Positions 7,949-17,673 of a stretch of DNA of 48,297 bases are shown here, in pieces. This stretch comes from Salmonella phage vB_GS156. The position numbers and the translations under genes are program-made. Numbering within the stretch: position 1 is the stretch's first letter; each line of letters starts with the position of its first letter. The notes under the pieces are model-generated. The model had not been told where the DNA came from. It ran no database searches and saw nothing but the letters and a program-made list of their open reading frames with translations. The stretch is from sequence record PV153712.1, one strand, 5' to 3'.

Positions 7949-8158
7949 ATGAAATACACTTTGCTTTTCAAAGAAAGAGTTTTTCACCCTGGTAGCGAAC
8001 TTCTTGTTAATCGCGTCATTGTTTCAGAAAAAGATTTCGATATTGATGTTCAAAGGGATGGTGTCATAATCTCAAACAAAGAAGATACAAAGGCGTTTTC
8101 ATTCCCCAAAAACAACATCATCCAGCTTATCGCAGAGGAAGAAAATAATGCAGAATAA
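7949..8158 (+). CDS. Hypothetical protein, 69 aa
   Basis: caggag RBS + ATG. Confidence 0.65.
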   Translation: MKYTLLFKERVFHPGSELLVNRVIVSEKDFDIDVQRDGVIISNKEDTKAFSFPKNNIIQLIAEEENNAE

Positions 8159-8292
8159 AGAGATTGCAAAGGTAACTATCATCATTGAACGTGACGGCAA
8201 GAAAACGCGATACAAAAAGCGCTTTGCAAAAGGAGAGGCGGTATTAGGCCGGATCGGTGATTTCATGGTGAAATTGCAAGAGGATAAGCCTG

Positions 8293-8475
8293 ATGAAGTG
8301 GAAAGTTAACTTGACCATTAGGCGCATGGGTCGCAATTGCGGATCATGCAAACAAGAATTTGAAACGGTTGTTACAGCATGTAGCGCTGAAATGGCTGTT
8401 AGATTTGCGAAAGAATATTCTGGAGCAGATCCAGAAACGCACCAATTTTCAATTAATTATGTGAGGGCTATATAA
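8293..8475 (+). CDS. Hypothetical protein, 60 aa
   Basis: ORF track, packed context. Confidence 0.5.
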   Translation: MKWKVNLTIRRMGRNCGSCKQEFETVVTACSAEMAVRFAKEYSGADPETHQFSINYVRAI

Positions 8476-8705
8476 TGCTGATGTTTTTTTATGGTGTTGG
8501 CGTGACTGTTGCTATTTGTTTTCTGATTATTTGGGTTATTAACAAAGCCTCAAAGAAAATGGAAGTTGAACGAAAAATTGCAAGCGCGTTTTATGACAGC
8601 AAGAATGATTGCTGGAGGGTTCGAGGGAATTATATTGCTATTGCGCAAATCATTGAGAATCGCATAAAGCATGGAAAGCCTGGAAGCGTGAAGTATATCG
8701 ACTGA
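8475..8705 (+). CDS. Small membrane protein, 76 aa
   Basis: N-terminal TM MLMFFYGVGVTVAICFLIIWVINKASKKME. Confidence 0.6.
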   Translation: MLMFFYGVGVTVAICFLIIWVINKASKKMEVERKIASAFYDSKNDCWRVRGNYIAIAQIIENRIKHGKPGSVKYID

Positions 8706-8721
8706 TTAAGCGCCAAAACAT

Positions 8722-8745
8722 AACCCGCCTTGAGCGGGTTTTTTT
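8722..8745 (+). terminator. Rho-independent terminator at end of early block
   Basis: AACCCGC-CTTGA-GCGGGTT + T-tract. Confidence 0.85.
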
Positions 8746-8792
8746 GTGCCTATAATTTAGCTATAATCACGCCTCAACAGGAGGATTTTATT

Positions 8793-9317
8793 ATGGCTAA
8801 AAAAACAGAAGCGCCAGCGGCGGAAAGTCTAAACTTTAAAAAGTTATGGAATAAGCGATATTCCGATCTGGTAGGTAGTGAGATTGATAAACGCGCAACT
8901 CTAACGCCGGAACAAGTCATGAACCTGATTGTTCAGTATTTTGAGTGGGCGGAGCTAAACGCCATTAAAGCAGGTGAAACGGCATCATTTCAGGGTCGAG
9001 TGTATCAGGACACGATTCACAAGCCGCGTATTTTTACATGGGAAGGGTTAAAGCTGTTTTGCGGTTTTTCCGGCACAGCACTAGCAAAGTGGAAACTTAA
9101 ACCAGGCTATGATGTTGTTATTGAATTTGCTGAATCGGTAATTAAAGAACAAAAATACCAGTTAGCGGCAAACGGAATGATTAACAGCACAATGATCGCA
9201 AAAGAGCTTGGAATTGATAAGGGCGACACGTTCAATATTAGCGCCAATGCTGAAACGAAAGTTAACACGGAAGAAGCAATGAAAAACGCCGTCGCAAGCG
9301 TTCTAAGTAAAATTTAA
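8793..9317 (+). CDS. Terminase small subunit
   Basis: Position directly before TerL; small DNA-packaging-like protein. Confidence 0.75.
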   Translation: MAKKTEAPAAESLNFKKLWNKRYSDLVGSEIDKRATLTPEQVMNLIVQYFEWAELNAIKAGETASFQGRVYQDTIHKPRIFTWEGLKLFCGFSGTALAKWKLKPGYDVVIEFAESVIKEQKYQLAANGMINSTMIAKELGIDKGDTFNISANAETKVNTEEAMKNAVASVLSKI

Positions 9318-9328
9318 GGGTGAATGCT

Positions 9329-10900
9329 ATGTTGATTTGGGAAGATTTAACAAAACTTGAAAAGCTGGCTATTAAGGAATTAAGCACACACGATTTTGAT
9401 ACTTTCGTTAAAATCTGGTTCCCGATCCAGCAGGGCGAAAAATGGATTCCTAACTGGCATCACCTTTATATCGCCAGGGCGATTGATGAAATTATTGATG
9501 GTGTGCGAAAAGACACTATTTTTAATGTGACGCCTGGTAGTGGTAAGACGGAATTACTTTCGATCCACTTCCCGCCTTATTCATATTTGAAATTGAACAA
9601 GGTGAGAAACCTCAATATTTCATTTGCTGATACGCTGGTAAAGCGAAATAGTAAACGTGTTCGCGATCTGGTTAACTCTAAGGAATGGCAAGAGCTTTAC
9701 CCAGCAAAAACCGGCACAAGCAAGGATGATGAATTTCAAGTTTTGAATGAAGCCGGAAAAGTTAGACTTGAAATGATTAGTAAGTCGATGGGTGGTCAGA
9801 TTACTGGTAGCCGTGGCGGTTATATCACGCCTGGCGTTTATTCCGGTTGTGTGACGCTTGATGATCCAGAAAAGCCGGATGATATGTTTTCGAAGGTGAA
9901 ACGTGAGCGCGGTCAAATGATCGCAAAGAACACAATCCGATCCCGTCGCGCACATTCAGAAACGCCGATTATCGTTATTCAGCAGCGTCTACACGCGCAG
10001 GATATGACCTGGTTTCTGATGAATGGCGGAATGGGTATTGAATTTGATCAGATATCAATTCCTGCGATGGTTACAGAGGAATACGGGAAATCGCTTCCTG
10101 ATTGGTTACAGCCTCATTTTGAAAAAGATGTGCTTTCGTCTGAATACATCGTTATTGACGGCGTGAAGTATTATTCTTTCTGGCCTAGCAAGGAAAGCAT
10201 TCATGATCTTAAAGCGCTACGCGATGCGGATTTGTACACGTTCCTTTCTCAGTATCAGCAAGAGCCAATTGCTCTTGGCGGTAACGCAATTAACGTTGGA
10301 TGGTTCCAGTATTACGGAACTGGAGAAAAATCAACGATACCAAAACCGGATCGCTTTGATTATACGTTTATTACAGCAGATACCGCTCAGAAAGAAGGTG
10401 AGCTAAACGACTACAGCGTTTTATGTTATTGGGGCATGTTCAAAGGCCGTATATATTTTATTGACGGTGTGCGCGGAAAATGGGAAGCGCCAATGTTAGA
10501 AACGCAGTTTAAAGCGTTTGTTAAACAGTGCTGGAACCGTAACAAAGAATGCGGAAACTTGCGTAAAATTTACGTGGAAGATAAAGCGAGCGGTACAGGT
10601 TTGATCCAGAATTGCCGCAAAGCATTTCCGATAGAAATTACGCCAGTGCAACGCGATAAAGACAAAGTAACGCGCTGCATGGACGCACAGCCAGTGATCA
10701 AGAATGGTTATGTTGTATTGCCTGAATCGCATTACATGCTTGCTGAATTTCTGGCAGAGGCGGCGGCATTCACTTATGATGATAGCCATCCTCATGATGA
10801 TATTATGGATAACCTTTTTGATGCGGTTAATATTGAGCTTAACCTTGCTGATAATGCGGTTGATAGAATGAAGCGTTTAGCTGGATTAGCGAAGCGTTAA
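9329..10900 (+). CDS. Terminase large subunit
   Basis: Walker A-like FNVTPGSGKTELLS, DPEKPDD..., nuclease region DYSVLCYWG...FIDGVRGKWE. Confidence 0.93.
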   Translation: MLIWEDLTKLEKLAIKELSTHDFDTFVKIWFPIQQGEKWIPNWHHLYIARAIDEIIDGVRKDTIFNVTPGSGKTELLSIHFPPYSYLKLNKVRNLNISFADTLVKRNSKRVRDLVNSKEWQELYPAKTGTSKDDEFQVLNEAGKVRLEMISKSMGGQITGSRGGYITPGVYSGCVTLDDPEKPDDMFSKVKRERGQMIAKNTIRSRRAHSETPIIVIQQRLHAQDMTWFLMNGGMGIEFDQISIPAMVTEEYGKSLPDWLQPHFEKDVLSSEYIVIDGVKYYSFWPSKESIHDLKALRDADLYTFLSQYQQEPIALGGNAINVGWFQYYGTGEKSTIPKPDRFDYTFITADTAQKEGELNDYSVLCYWGMFKGRIYFIDGVRGKWEAPMLETQFKAFVKQCWNRNKECGNLRKIYVEDKASGTGLIQNCRKAFPIEITPVQRDKDKVTRCMDAQPVIKNGYVVLPESHYMLAEFLAEAAAFTYDDSHPHDDIMDNLFDAVNIELNLADNAVDRMKRLAGLAKR

Positions 10901-10912
10901 TGTGTAAAATCA

Positions 10913-10937
10913 AAGGCTGGAATATTCCGGCCTTTTT
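10913..10937 (+). terminator. Hairpin + T-tract between TerL and portal
   Basis: AAGGCTGGAATATTCCGGCCTTTTTT. Confidence 0.7.
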
Positions 10938-10953
10938 TATTATGGGGGTATTT

Positions 10954-12249
10954 ATGAGCGACAAGGTAAAGGCCATTACTAAAGAAGATGGTTACAACGA
11001 AATTTTCAGATCTAAAGATGGAACGTTTAGGCCAAATGCTTTTTACATGCAAAGTGCGGCATTTAAAACGTTATCGCAATTTTATGAAGAAGATGGAATG
11101 GCGCGGCGCATTGTAGATGTTATTCCAGAAGAAATGGTAACGCCTGGTTTTAAAGTTGACGGCGTGAAAAATGAAAAGTCTTTTAAATCGCGTTGGGATG
11201 AATTGCGATTAAACGCTAAAATTATTGATGCGCTTTCATGGTCGCGTTTATTTGGCGGTTCTGCAATTCTTGCTGTTGTTGCTGATAACAGAATGCTGAA
11301 ATCACCTGTAAAGCCTGGCGCACAACTTGAAGATATTCGCGTATATGATCGCTATCAGATCACCATTCAGGAACGTGAAACTAATGCGCGGAGTGTTCGT
11401 TACGGTGAGCCAAAACTTTATAAGATCTCACCTGGCGGAGATATACCGGAATTCTTTGTTCATTACTCGCGTATTTGCATCATTGATGGTGAGCGAGTAT
11501 CGAATGAAAAACGCCGTCAAAATGATGGTTGGGGCGCAAGCATTTTAAACAAGCGTTTGATTGAGGCGATTATTGATTATAACTATTGCCATGAATTAGC
11601 AACGCAATTGCTACGCAGAAAACAACAAGCAGTATGGAAAGCGCGTGATCTGGCTTTGATGTGCGACGATGAAGAAGGGCGCTATGCGGCGCGTTTGCGT
11701 TTGGCTCAGGTTGATGACGAAAGCGGAGTTGGTAAGGCAATTGGTATTGATGCCACCGATGAAGAATATGAGGTTCTCAATTCTGACGTTTCCGGCGTTC
11801 CAGAGTTCTTACAGGAAAAGATTGATCGAATTGTTGCACTAACTGGCATTCATGAAATCATCCTCAAAAATAAGAACACTGGCGGCGTTTCAGCGAGTCA
11901 AAACACGGCGCTAGAGACTTTCTATAAGTTAATTGATCGCAAGCGCGGAGAGGATTACAAGCCGATTCTTGAATTCCTTTTGCCGTTCATGATCTCAGAA
12001 GCGGAATGGTCTATTGAATTCGAACCGTTAAGCGTTCCTAGCGATAAGGACAAGGCTGAAATTATGGCTAAGAATGTTGAATCTGTTGTAAAATTGAAAG
12101 CTGAACAGGCGATTGATCTCAAAGAAACAAGAGATACTTTGCGATCCATTTGCCCAGATCTTAAAATCAGTGACAATGACAACATTGAATTGCCAGAGCC
12201 GGAAGATTTAGATCCAGAGCCAGGGCAAGATGGGGGATTGAATAAATGA
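10954..12249 (+). CDS. Portal protein (DUF1073-like)
   Basis: Sequence character (ARRIVDVIPEEM...SWSRLFGGSAIL...SGVGKAIG...) and position. Confidence 0.88.
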   Translation: MSDKVKAITKEDGYNEIFRSKDGTFRPNAFYMQSAAFKTLSQFYEEDGMARRIVDVIPEEMVTPGFKVDGVKNEKSFKSRWDELRLNAKIIDALSWSRLFGGSAILAVVADNRMLKSPVKPGAQLEDIRVYDRYQITIQERETNARSVRYGEPKLYKISPGGDIPEFFVHYSRICIIDGERVSNEKRRQNDGWGASILNKRLIEAIIDYNYCHELATQLLRRKQQAVWKARDLALMCDDEEGRYAARLRLAQVDDESGVGKAIGIDATDEEYEVLNSDVSGVPEFLQEKIDRIVALTGIHEIILKNKNTGGVSASQNTALETFYKLIDRKRGEDYKPILEFLLPFMISEAEWSIEFEPLSVPSDKDKAEIMAKNVESVVKLKAEQAIDLKETRDTLRSICPDLKISDNDNIELPEPEDLDPEPGQDGGLNK

Positions 12250-12917
12250 TGTTTCCCGATATGACAGAGAGCGACGTTGAAAAGGCGCTTGATGATCTGG
12301 CGGTTGATATCACTGAAAACAATGCTGATGTAGAGGCGGCAATTGCCGCCTTTATGTTGCTGGTTTACGGGTTCGCCGTTAGTGCATACAAATATCACAC
12401 TCGCCAATTTATCAGAATGGCAAAGCAAACAGGAGGAGCAAATAATCGATCCGTTATCCTTCTGATTGGTGGCGTTTACGGAAATATGAATGAACGTTGG
12501 TTCAATTCAAAATACATAACCTGGCGATCACTTATTGAGGCATCCGTAAGGAAATTTGCGTATAATGTGCTTGATGATTGGGAAGTGCAACAGCGTTTAA
12601 ATGAGTTACGCGAGCAAGCAGAAACAAGAGCGCAGATCCGAAAGCGCCTAAGAAAATATAAGGCGTGGGCTAAAAATAGGGCGTCTGGTTTTGTTGGTTC
12701 GTGGTATTCCGTGTTAATGTATCAACGCGTAGTTGATACCGGAGTTACCCATTATATTTGGCGCACTCAGGAAGATAACAGGGTTAGACCTGAACACGCC
12801 AAATTGGACATGAAACGGATCTCATTGGCAATAAAGCACATATTCCCAGGGCAGGAATATAATTGTCGTTGTTGGGCGCAACCGGATTGGGAAACAGAGC
12901 AAGAGGTATATTTATGA
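12246..12917 (+). CDS. Phage head morphogenesis protein, MuF/SPP1 gp7-like
   Basis: TQEDNRVRPEHAKLD...FPGQEYNCRCWAQPDWE. Confidence 0.85.
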   Translation: MMFPDMTESDVEKALDDLAVDITENNADVEAAIAAFMLLVYGFAVSAYKYHTRQFIRMAKQTGGANNRSVILLIGGVYGNMNERWFNSKYITWRSLIEASVRKFAYNVLDDWEVQQRLNELREQAETRAQIRKRLRKYKAWAKNRASGFVGSWYSVLMYQRVVDTGVTHYIWRTQEDNRVRPEHAKLDMKRISLAIKHIFPGQEYNCRCWAQPDWETEQEVYL

Positions 12918-14032
12918 AGAAGGTGCAACGTTTTGATTACTTGCTATTCAAAGCACATAAAGATGAGAATGGTTTTCTTATTGATACGCCAGTTGTATCA
13001 AGGATTGGATTGCAGGAATATAAACTTCCAGATGGAACAATTCAAAGAGAATTTAGACCATCTAGCGAGGTGTTTAGCGAGGATTCATTAAACAGCTTTC
13101 GAGGAAAACCAATCACGCTGGGTCATGTAACTGTCACGCCTGAAAATGCAAAAAAGGTGACGGTTGGTAATTGCTCAGGGTCTGCATGGGCTGATTATGC
13201 TGAGGGAAAAGTAAGATGCCCTGTTACGATAATGGACAAAAAAGCAATTGATGCAGCGGAGGCTAAGAAAGCAAGTGAGTTGTCTGTTGGATATACAGTG
13301 GTTGAAATTCGTGAGCCTGGTTATGGATCAAATACTTCAGGAGAGTACATTTTCAAAAAGGATCTTACTGATGAATTTATTGTTCCTGATGATTGGGTTG
13401 AATTTGATGTTTTGCAGACTAACATTATTGTAAACCATGTAGCTATGGTGTTTAAGGGTCGCGCTGGCATTGCAAAATTGAATCTTGATAGCGAGCAAGA
13501 ATTCCCGTATGATATCGACGTTAAATTAAATAAAGAGGACGAAGTTATGACCGTTAAAATTAAACTTGATGGTGCTGTTGAATTTGACGTACCAAAAGAA
13601 GTTGCTACTTTTATCGAAACCGTGAAAGCAGACGCTACAGCGGCAAAAACTAAAGCCGATAGCCTGGAAGCAGAGCGCGATGCTCTACAGGCGAAAGTTG
13701 ACGGCATTCCGGCGCAGATTGAAGAAGCCGTGAAAAAAGCAAAAGCTGACGCTGATGAACATGCCGCGCTGGTCGCTACCGCTTCCGAAGTTGGCGTAAA
13801 ATGCGACGGCCTAACCGCCAAAGAAATTAAGATCGCATATGTGAAAGAGGTCATGGGTAATGACATTAGCGCAAAGGCTGATGCATATATTGATACCGCT
13901 TTTGATATCGCGAAAGAATCTGATAAAATGGCGGCTCAACGTATCGCATTAAAAGGCGATGCAGCAAAAAACAAACAGGATGCAGCGGAAACCATTCTTG
14001 ATCCTTCCGCACGTCTGAATAAAGCTAAGTAA
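12914..14032 (+). CDS. DUF2213-like prohead protease/scaffold fusion
   Basis: FRGKPITLGHVTV..., long Ala/Lys/Glu coiled-coil C-terminal half. Confidence 0.8.
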   Translation: MKKVQRFDYLLFKAHKDENGFLIDTPVVSRIGLQEYKLPDGTIQREFRPSSEVFSEDSLNSFRGKPITLGHVTVTPENAKKVTVGNCSGSAWADYAEGKVRCPVTIMDKKAIDAAEAKKASELSVGYTVVEIREPGYGSNTSGEYIFKKDLTDEFIVPDDWVEFDVLQTNIIVNHVAMVFKGRAGIAKLNLDSEQEFPYDIDVKLNKEDEVMTVKIKLDGAVEFDVPKEVATFIETVKADATAAKTKADSLEAERDALQAKVDGIPAQIEEAVKKAKADADEHAALVATASEVGVKCDGLTAKEIKIAYVKEVMGNDISAKADAYIDTAFDIAKESDKMAAQRIALKGDAAKNKQDAAETILDPSARLNKAK

Positions 14033-14044
14033 GGAGAAAATATT

Positions 14045-14524
14045 ATGGCTCAGATTTCAGCAAGTTATCATGTTGCAATGGCTCGCGCCTTGCCTGGTCA
14101 AGTTTCTGACACTTCCGCGTATAACATCGACGGCGCTTGTGTTCTTGATGGTGATGCCGGATCAACAATTTATGTTGGCGTTGGTGTTCAACATGGCGGA
14201 GTTAGCGCAAGCGGTGATAAATTAATTAAGGCTATGGCAGCGTCTGGTAATGCTTATGGTGTTGCTATTCGATCCAACTTCCAGACCACATCTAAAGATG
14301 GTCGCATGGTTTATGAGGCTGGTAGCGGAATTAACGTAATGACTAAAGGTCGCGTTTGGATGTTATCTGTAGAATCAGAAGCGCCAGCATTCAAAATACC
14401 TATCAAACTTGATAATTCAGGACAGGTTGATTTAACGTCTGGAACAATTGAAACCACTTGGATCGCAACTGGAGGCTTTACGGAATTCCAAGATCTAAAA
14501 CTCGTTGAGGTTCAATTGGTATAA
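14045..14524 (+). CDS. Structural cement / head decoration protein (DUF2190-like)
   Basis: SYHVAMARALPGQVSDTSAYNIDG... position between scaffold and capsid. Confidence 0.7.
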   Translation: MAQISASYHVAMARALPGQVSDTSAYNIDGACVLDGDAGSTIYVGVGVQHGGVSASGDKLIKAMAASGNAYGVAIRSNFQTTSKDGRMVYEAGSGINVMTKGRVWMLSVESEAPAFKIPIKLDNSGQVDLTSGTIETTWIATGGFTEFQDLKLVEVQLV

Positions 14525-14528
14525 TAAT

Positions 14529-14552
14529 AAGGCCGGATTATTCCGGCCTTTT
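14529..14552 (+). terminator. Intergenic hairpin terminator
   Basis: AAGGCCGGATTATTCCGGCCTTTT. Confidence 0.7.
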
Positions 14553-14567
14553 ATATATGGTGGTTTT

Positions 14568-15008
14568 ATGTCTGATTACTGTTCTATAATAGGTATAGTT
14601 GAAAATGGGTGCTTGGTAGATTCAAGCCTTTATAATATAGATGGCTCGCCAGTTATGGATGTTTCAGCCGTGATAGGTAAGGCCGTATGTGTTGATCGCA
14701 TATCTTGCGGTTACAAAATAATCAGCCACAATTTTAATGAAAACTCAAATCATTACGGAATCGTTACGCGTGATTATATGGATTTTTGCAAAGAATATTA
14801 CGACGCCGGAGATCCGGTTAACGTAATAACTCATGGTCGAATTTGGGTAATCACTCAGGACGAACATGATATTCCATCGTATAAAGATCCTGTTTTTGTT
14901 AAAGACAATGGCTCTATATCAACAAGTGGATTTCCTACCAGTTGGTTTTTTACTGGCGAATATGTAAGATATTCACACGGATATATTTTACTATCAGTTC
15001 AGTTGTAG
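14568..15008 (+). CDS. Diverged paralogue of the 14045 cement protein
   Basis: Shared YNIDG, YG(V/I)..R, VNV(M/I)T(K/H)GR(V/I)W motifs and length. Confidence 0.65.
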   Translation: MSDYCSIIGIVENGCLVDSSLYNIDGSPVMDVSAVIGKAVCVDRISCGYKIISHNFNENSNHYGIVTRDYMDFCKEYYDAGDPVNVITHGRIWVITQDEHDIPSYKDPVFVKDNGSISTSGFPTSWFFTGEYVRYSHGYILLSVQL

Positions 15009-15028
15009 CGTGCTAACACAAAAAACAC

Positions 15029-15056
15029 TTGAACGTTTAACAAAAAATGCTATATT
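15029..15056 (+). promoter_or_regulatory. Capsid promoter TTGAAC-N16-TATATT overlapped by inverted operator copy (15038-15052)
   Basis: TAACAAAAAATGCTA lies over spacer/-10. Confidence 0.6.
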
Positions 15057-15080
15057 AAAGCCGTTATTATGACGGCTTTT
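15057..15080 (+). terminator. Hairpin AAAGCCGT-TATTATG-ACGGCTTTT
   Basis: 8-bp stem directly read, T-run. Confidence 0.65.
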
Positions 15081-15097
15081 CTATGAGGGAAAATATT

Positions 15098-16072
15098 ATG
15101 CCTAAAGAAATGAAATATGATGAGTTTGAAGCAAACGTGATCGCCAACCATATGCAGTTACGCGGCGCTAAAAACGACGCATCTGATATGGGTATTTGGA
15201 CTGCTCAAGAGCTACACAAAATTAAGTCTCAGGCTTATGATAAAGAATATCCGGCAGGTTCCGCACTGCGTGTATTCCCCGTAACGTCCGAGCTTTCCGA
15301 TACTGATAAAACTTTTGAATACCAGACTTTCGACAAAGTAGGTCACGCAAAAATCATTGCTGATTACACTGATGATCTGCCAACTGTTGACGCGCTGATG
15401 ACTTCTGAATTTGGTAAAGTGTTCCGCCTGGGTAATGCGTTCCTGATTTCCATTGATGAAATCAAAGCAGGTCAACGCACTGGCAAGAGCCTTTCCACTC
15501 GCAAGGCAAACGCCGCACAGAATGCGCATGATCAGCTTGTAAACCACCTGGTTTTCAAAGGTTCTAGACCGCATAAAATTATCAGCGTGTTTGAACATCC
15601 AAACCTGACAACTATCAACTCCGCAGGTTGGAACAACGCCGCAGGTAATGGTAAAAAGCCGGAAACAGCACAGGATGAATTAGAGCAAGCGATTGAAAAA
15701 ATCGAAACGCTGACCAACGGGCAGCACCGCGCTACTCACATTCTGATTCCGCCGTCAATGCGTAAAGTTCTGATGGTTCGTATGCCTGAAACAACCATGA
15801 GCTATCTTGATTACTTCAAGCAGCAGAATGGCGGCATCACGATTGAATCCATTTCAGAGCTTGAAGATATTGACGGCAACGGCACTAAAGCGGCGCTTGT
15901 TTACGAAAAAGATCCGATGAATATGAGCATCGAGATTCCAGAAGCGTTTAACATGCTGACCGCGCAACCTAAAGACCTGCATTTCAAAGTGCCTTGCACC
16001 TCTAAATGTACTGGCCTGACGATTTACCGTCCGTTGACGCTGGTTCTAATTAAAGGTCTTGTGAAAGGCTAA
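15098..16072 (+). CDS. Major capsid protein (DUF2184-like)
   Basis: Position, size, sequence character (PPSMRKVLMVRMPETTMSYLDYFKQQNGG...). Confidence 0.88.
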   Translation: MPKEMKYDEFEANVIANHMQLRGAKNDASDMGIWTAQELHKIKSQAYDKEYPAGSALRVFPVTSELSDTDKTFEYQTFDKVGHAKIIADYTDDLPTVDALMTSEFGKVFRLGNAFLISIDEIKAGQRTGKSLSTRKANAAQNAHDQLVNHLVFKGSRPHKIISVFEHPNLTTINSAGWNNAAGNGKKPETAQDELEQAIEKIETLTNGQHRATHILIPPSMRKVLMVRMPETTMSYLDYFKQQNGGITIESISELEDIDGNGTKAALVYEKDPMNMSIEIPEAFNMLTAQPKDLHFKVPCTSKCTGLTIYRPLTLVLIKGLVKG

Positions 16073-16087
16073 TAATTAGATTAATAT

Positions 16088-16115
16088 AGGGAACCGTTAA
16101 AAGGTTCCCTTTTTT
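16088..16115 (+). terminator. Hairpin terminator after capsid gene
   Basis: GGGAACCGTTAAAAGGTTCCCTTTTTT. Confidence 0.85.
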
Positions 16116-16133
16116 ATATCTGGAGAAAATAAA

Positions 16134-16406
16134 ATGGCTAAAGCAAAAGAATTCACACTCGTTAACACTGGCGTTGCACTGATTATTATTGATCGAGTTG
16201 ACGTTATGCCAGGTAATGAAATTGTTGTTGGCGAGGAAGTATTAGAGCGTCAAGGCACTAAAGCACTTATGGCAGAAGGTAAGCTAACAATCAAAGATAA
16301 CAGCGATCTCAATGCTGAAATCGTTGAAGCGTTTAAGAGCAAGCGCAAAAAAGATCCGAACGAAGGCAAGACCAAAAAAGAGCTTGAGGACGGCGGCGAG
16401 TATTAA
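16134..16406 (+). CDS. Small head-associated protein
   Basis: 90 aa ORF in head block. Confidence 0.6.
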   Translation: MAKAKEFTLVNTGVALIIIDRVDVMPGNEIVVGEEVLERQGTKALMAEGKLTIKDNSDLNAEIVEAFKSKRKKDPNEGKTKKELEDGGEY

Positions 16407-16411
16407 TTAGA

Positions 16412-16440
16412 AAGGGCGCTCATGTAGCGCCTTTTTTATT
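16412..16440 (+). terminator. Intergenic hairpin terminator
   Basis: AAGGGCGCTCATGTAGCGCCTTTTTT. Confidence 0.7.
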
Positions 16441-16452
16441 ATGGGGGTTATT

Positions 16453-16863
16453 ATGGTTGATGAAATTTATGGTGATATTGAGATCCTAGAGCAAATTTAT
16501 AAAATCGCGCCAGCGTTCAAAAAAGTTGATCCTGAATTGATTCAGGCATGGATTGAACTGGCTAAAGATTTCGTTTGCGAAAAGCATTTCAAAGACAAAT
16601 ATTTCCGCGCTGTTGCTCTTTACACTTTGCACCTGATGACTCTTGACGGAGCTATGAAACAGGAAAGTGAGAGCGTAGAAAGCTACTCGCATCGTATAGC
16701 ATCATTTTCCATGACTGGTGAGTTTTCGCAAACGTTCAGCAAAGTTAGCGACGACACAAGCGGTAACACGTTGCGCCAAACTCCGTGGGGTAAAATGTAC
16801 GAAGTTCTCAACAAGAAAAAAGGCGGCGGATTTGGCCTTACAACTGCATTTCATCGGAGGTGA
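16453..16863 (+). CDS. Head-tail connector, DUF4054-like
   Basis: [13 protein letters not shown]...[12 protein letters not shown]...YS...[19 protein letters not shown]... size and position. Confidence 0.75.
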   Translation: MVDEIYGDIEILEQIYKIAPAFKKVDPELIQAWIELAKDFVCEKHFKDKYFRAVALYTLHLMTLDGAMKQESESVESYSHRIASFSMTGEFSQTFSKVSDDTSGNTLRQTPWGKMYEVLNKKKGGGFGLTTAFHRR

Positions 16864-16868
16864 TCACG

Positions 16869-17240
16869 ATGAATTATGAACAAATCAGATCTATGGCATC
16901 GGCTGGAATTAATTTTTTTAGCGATGAAACTGGTGAATTTGATTGCATTACTCAACCTGGAAGCGTTGAAATTGTTGGCGGTATTGAGGTTGAAAAACCT
17001 GAAATAAAGGTGAAGATTAAAGGTCTTGTGAGAAAACCACGGACGCGAGAAGTTGACGGAGAGGTAATTAGAGTTACCGACAAGTTAGGCGTTTTTAATG
17101 CTGATGTAGAGCTTAAAAACGGATATCAGATCGATATAGACGGCGAGCGTTATGTTATGGTTGAAACAAGACCAATCAGACCAACAAGCATTACCGTTGC
17201 TTACCGTCCAATAATGCGGAGGATTTCGGTTCATGGCTGA
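16869..17240 (+). CDS. Head-closure/connector-like protein
   Basis: Position in canonical head-tail order. Confidence 0.55.
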   Translation: MNYEQIRSMASAGINFFSDETGEFDCITQPGSVEIVGGIEVEKPEIKVKIKGLVRKPRTREVDGEVIRVTDKLGVFNADVELKNGYQIDIDGERYVMVETRPIRPTSITVAYRPIMRRISVHG

Positions 17241-17673
17241 TTATTCGATCCGAGAATTTCATGGCAATGTTGACAAATGGATCGAGCAAGTAGAAAGCGG
17301 ATTAAATGACGTGATTCAGATTTTTGGTGAAAAGGTTCACGGCGCATTAGTTGACATTGCGCCAGTGGACACAGGACGATTCAAAGCCAATATGCAGATC
17401 ACAGCAAACAAGCCGCCTCTTTACGCGCTCAATCAATACGATCCTGATGGTGAGAAAATAAAGGCTGAAGGTCGCAGGACGCTTTATGCTTTATTGCATG
17501 GCGGCGGTGCAATCAAATCAATATACTTTTCAAATATGCTGATTTATGCTAACGCTCTTGAATACGGTCATTCAAAGCAAGCGCCAGCAGGTGTATTTGG
17601 TATTGTTGCGATCCGGTTGCGTTCTTATATGGCAGAAGCGATAAGGGAGGCGAGAAAGAAAAATGCACTATGA
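17233..17673 (+). CDS. HK97 gp10-like head-tail/tail completion protein
   Basis: ALVDIAPVDTGRFKANMQ... typical gp10-like start. Confidence 0.75.
   Translation: MADYSIREFHGNVDKWIEQVESGLNDVIQIFGEKVHGALVDIAPVDTGRFKANMQITANKPPLYALNQYDPDGEKIKAEGRRTLYALLHGGGAIKSIYFSNMLIYANALEYGHSKQAPAGVFGIVAIRLRSYMAEAIREARKKNAL

Noticed and set aside
9620-10795. Minus-strand ORFs inside TerL (111 and 99 aa)
   Set aside because: Antisense to a strongly supported coding gene, unusual composition, no RBS; typical shadow ORFs.
13321-13866. 181-aa antisense ORF within DUF2213-like gene
   Set aside because: Ser/Ala-rich antisense of a coiled-coil coding region; shadow ORF.
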